Assembly: GCA_023136205.1 (NCBI GenBank)
Contig: JAGLRQ010000029.1
Location: 1 to 24,201, forward strand
Length of the DNA stretch: 24,201 bases
Source: Candidatus Auribacterota bacterium
GTDB lineage: Bacteria > Auribacterota > UBA6266
Reading direction: 5' to 3'
Below, piece by piece: positions 23,896 through 24,201 of the stretch (the first letter of the stretch is position 1; each line of letters begins with the position of its first letter). The translations under genes and the position numbers were made by a program. Below the pieces are notes generated by a model that saw nothing but the letters and a program-made list of their open reading frames with translations, had not been told where the DNA came from and ran no database searches.

Positions 23896-23904
23896 AGATA
23901 AAGC

Positions 23905-23956
23905 AAAAAAAATGTTACCAGAGAAATTCATACTTTGTTTCTAATTTTTAACATTT
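23905..23956 (-). terminator. Weak candidate intrinsic terminator of the upstream partial gene
   Basis: Minus-strand outer stem AAAUGUUA...UAACAUUU (8 bp) encloses an inner AGAAA/UUUCU stem and is followed by UUUUU. It is AU-rich with a large interior loop, so it is marginal. It overlaps the stop codon at 23941-23943. Confidence 0.35.
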
Positions 23957-24201
23957 ACCGAAAATATTTCAGGGGCGTTATAAACCTCTATTTTAGATGA
24001 ATGGTTTTTTCTGAAAATTCCGGCAGGGCAAGAACAGGAAACCTTTGCTTTTTCCGGAACAATCAATTCGATAACCGATGGATTAACCTTTTCAGAGCTA
24101 AAAACAAGTTCTATTTCTCCACTTGCATCCTTTACTTCAAGCAGTTCAGCCAGGGCGTATTTTATGCTTACTTCGGGGGTAATATTCTTTTTTACCGGAC
24201 A
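23941..24201 (-). CDS. Hypothetical protein, 3'-terminal fragment (gene continues beyond the window)
   Basis: My manual translation of the minus strand gives 86 sense codons with no stop, from the window edge to TAG at 23943-23941 (...VSCSCPAGIFRKNHSSKIEVYNAPEIFSVNVKN*). It is absent from the ORF track because it has no internal Met. I recognised no family. Confidence 0.5.
   Translation of the reverse strand, partial: CPVKKNITPEVSIKYALAELLEVKDASGEIELVFSSEKVNPSVIELIVPEKAKVSCSCPAGIFRKNHSSKIEVYNAPEIFSVNVKN

Noticed and set aside
23726-23898. CRISPR array, sigma-54 promoter or conserved micro-ORFs in the tandem repeat
   Set aside because: There are only two diverged units, with no repeat-spacer organisation or cas genes. 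TGGCA is present on the minus strand, but no TTGC lies at the correct -12 spacing. The short ATG-initiated ORFs in the two units start 2 nt out of register relative to the repeat alignment, so they are not homologous peptides.
23673-23940. c-di-GMP riboswitch upstream of the PilZ gene
   Set aside because: I could not recognise GEMM-I/II conserved cores or their paired-helix layout in this AT-rich leader. Only a covariance-model search could settle it.
1-24201. Phage-defence island, toxin-antitoxin pair, integrase/transposase or prophage remnants
   Set aside because: I saw no nuclease, methyltransferase, helicase, reverse transcriptase, recombinase or small paired ORFs. Every ORF has a housekeeping or signalling assignment apart from the OM barrel and the partial edge ORF.

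Overview
AT-rich bacterial chromosomal segment. All 26 supported CDS, including one 3'-partial at the right edge, lie on the minus strand. I found no rRNA, tRNA, CRISPR array, transposase or integrase. In transcription order (high to low coordinates) the window holds: a partial hypothetical CDS; a 268-nt leader with a diverged tandem ~82-bp repeat; a PilZ-domain protein with its own terminator; a PilT-family ATPase tightly coupled to a large radical-SAM protein; yggS-proC-yggT-DUF167; ileS, a DksA/TraR (YlyA-like) zinc finger, lspA, lgt and rluD; an FAH-family hydrolase and a type I phosphomannose isomerase; a five-gene partner-switching operon; and a pyrR-pyrB-pyrC-pyrK-pyrD-pyrF operon with a PyrR-type attenuator. 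The backbone matches two conserved housekeeping syntenies recalled from memory: pilT/yggR-yggS-proC-yggT-yggU, and ileS-ylyA-lspA-rluD-pyrR-pyr. Three blocks look inserted relative to those orders: the radical-SAM gene, lgt, and the 5627-12121 block. The strongest candidate for an undescribed system is the operon at 5627-10350. It combines an RsbW-like kinase, a STAS antagonist, a secreted FecR-domain protein, an outer-membrane beta-barrel lipoprotein and a CHASE2-PP2C phosphatase, with no sigma factor or other output gene. I read it as an envelope-spanning input to a phosphoserine partner switch. Two non-coding structures are also unexplained: a ~115-bp long inverted repeat between pyrD and pyrF, and the tandem hairpin-containing repeats upstream of the PilZ gene. 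All functional calls rest on motif recognition by eye; no searches were run.
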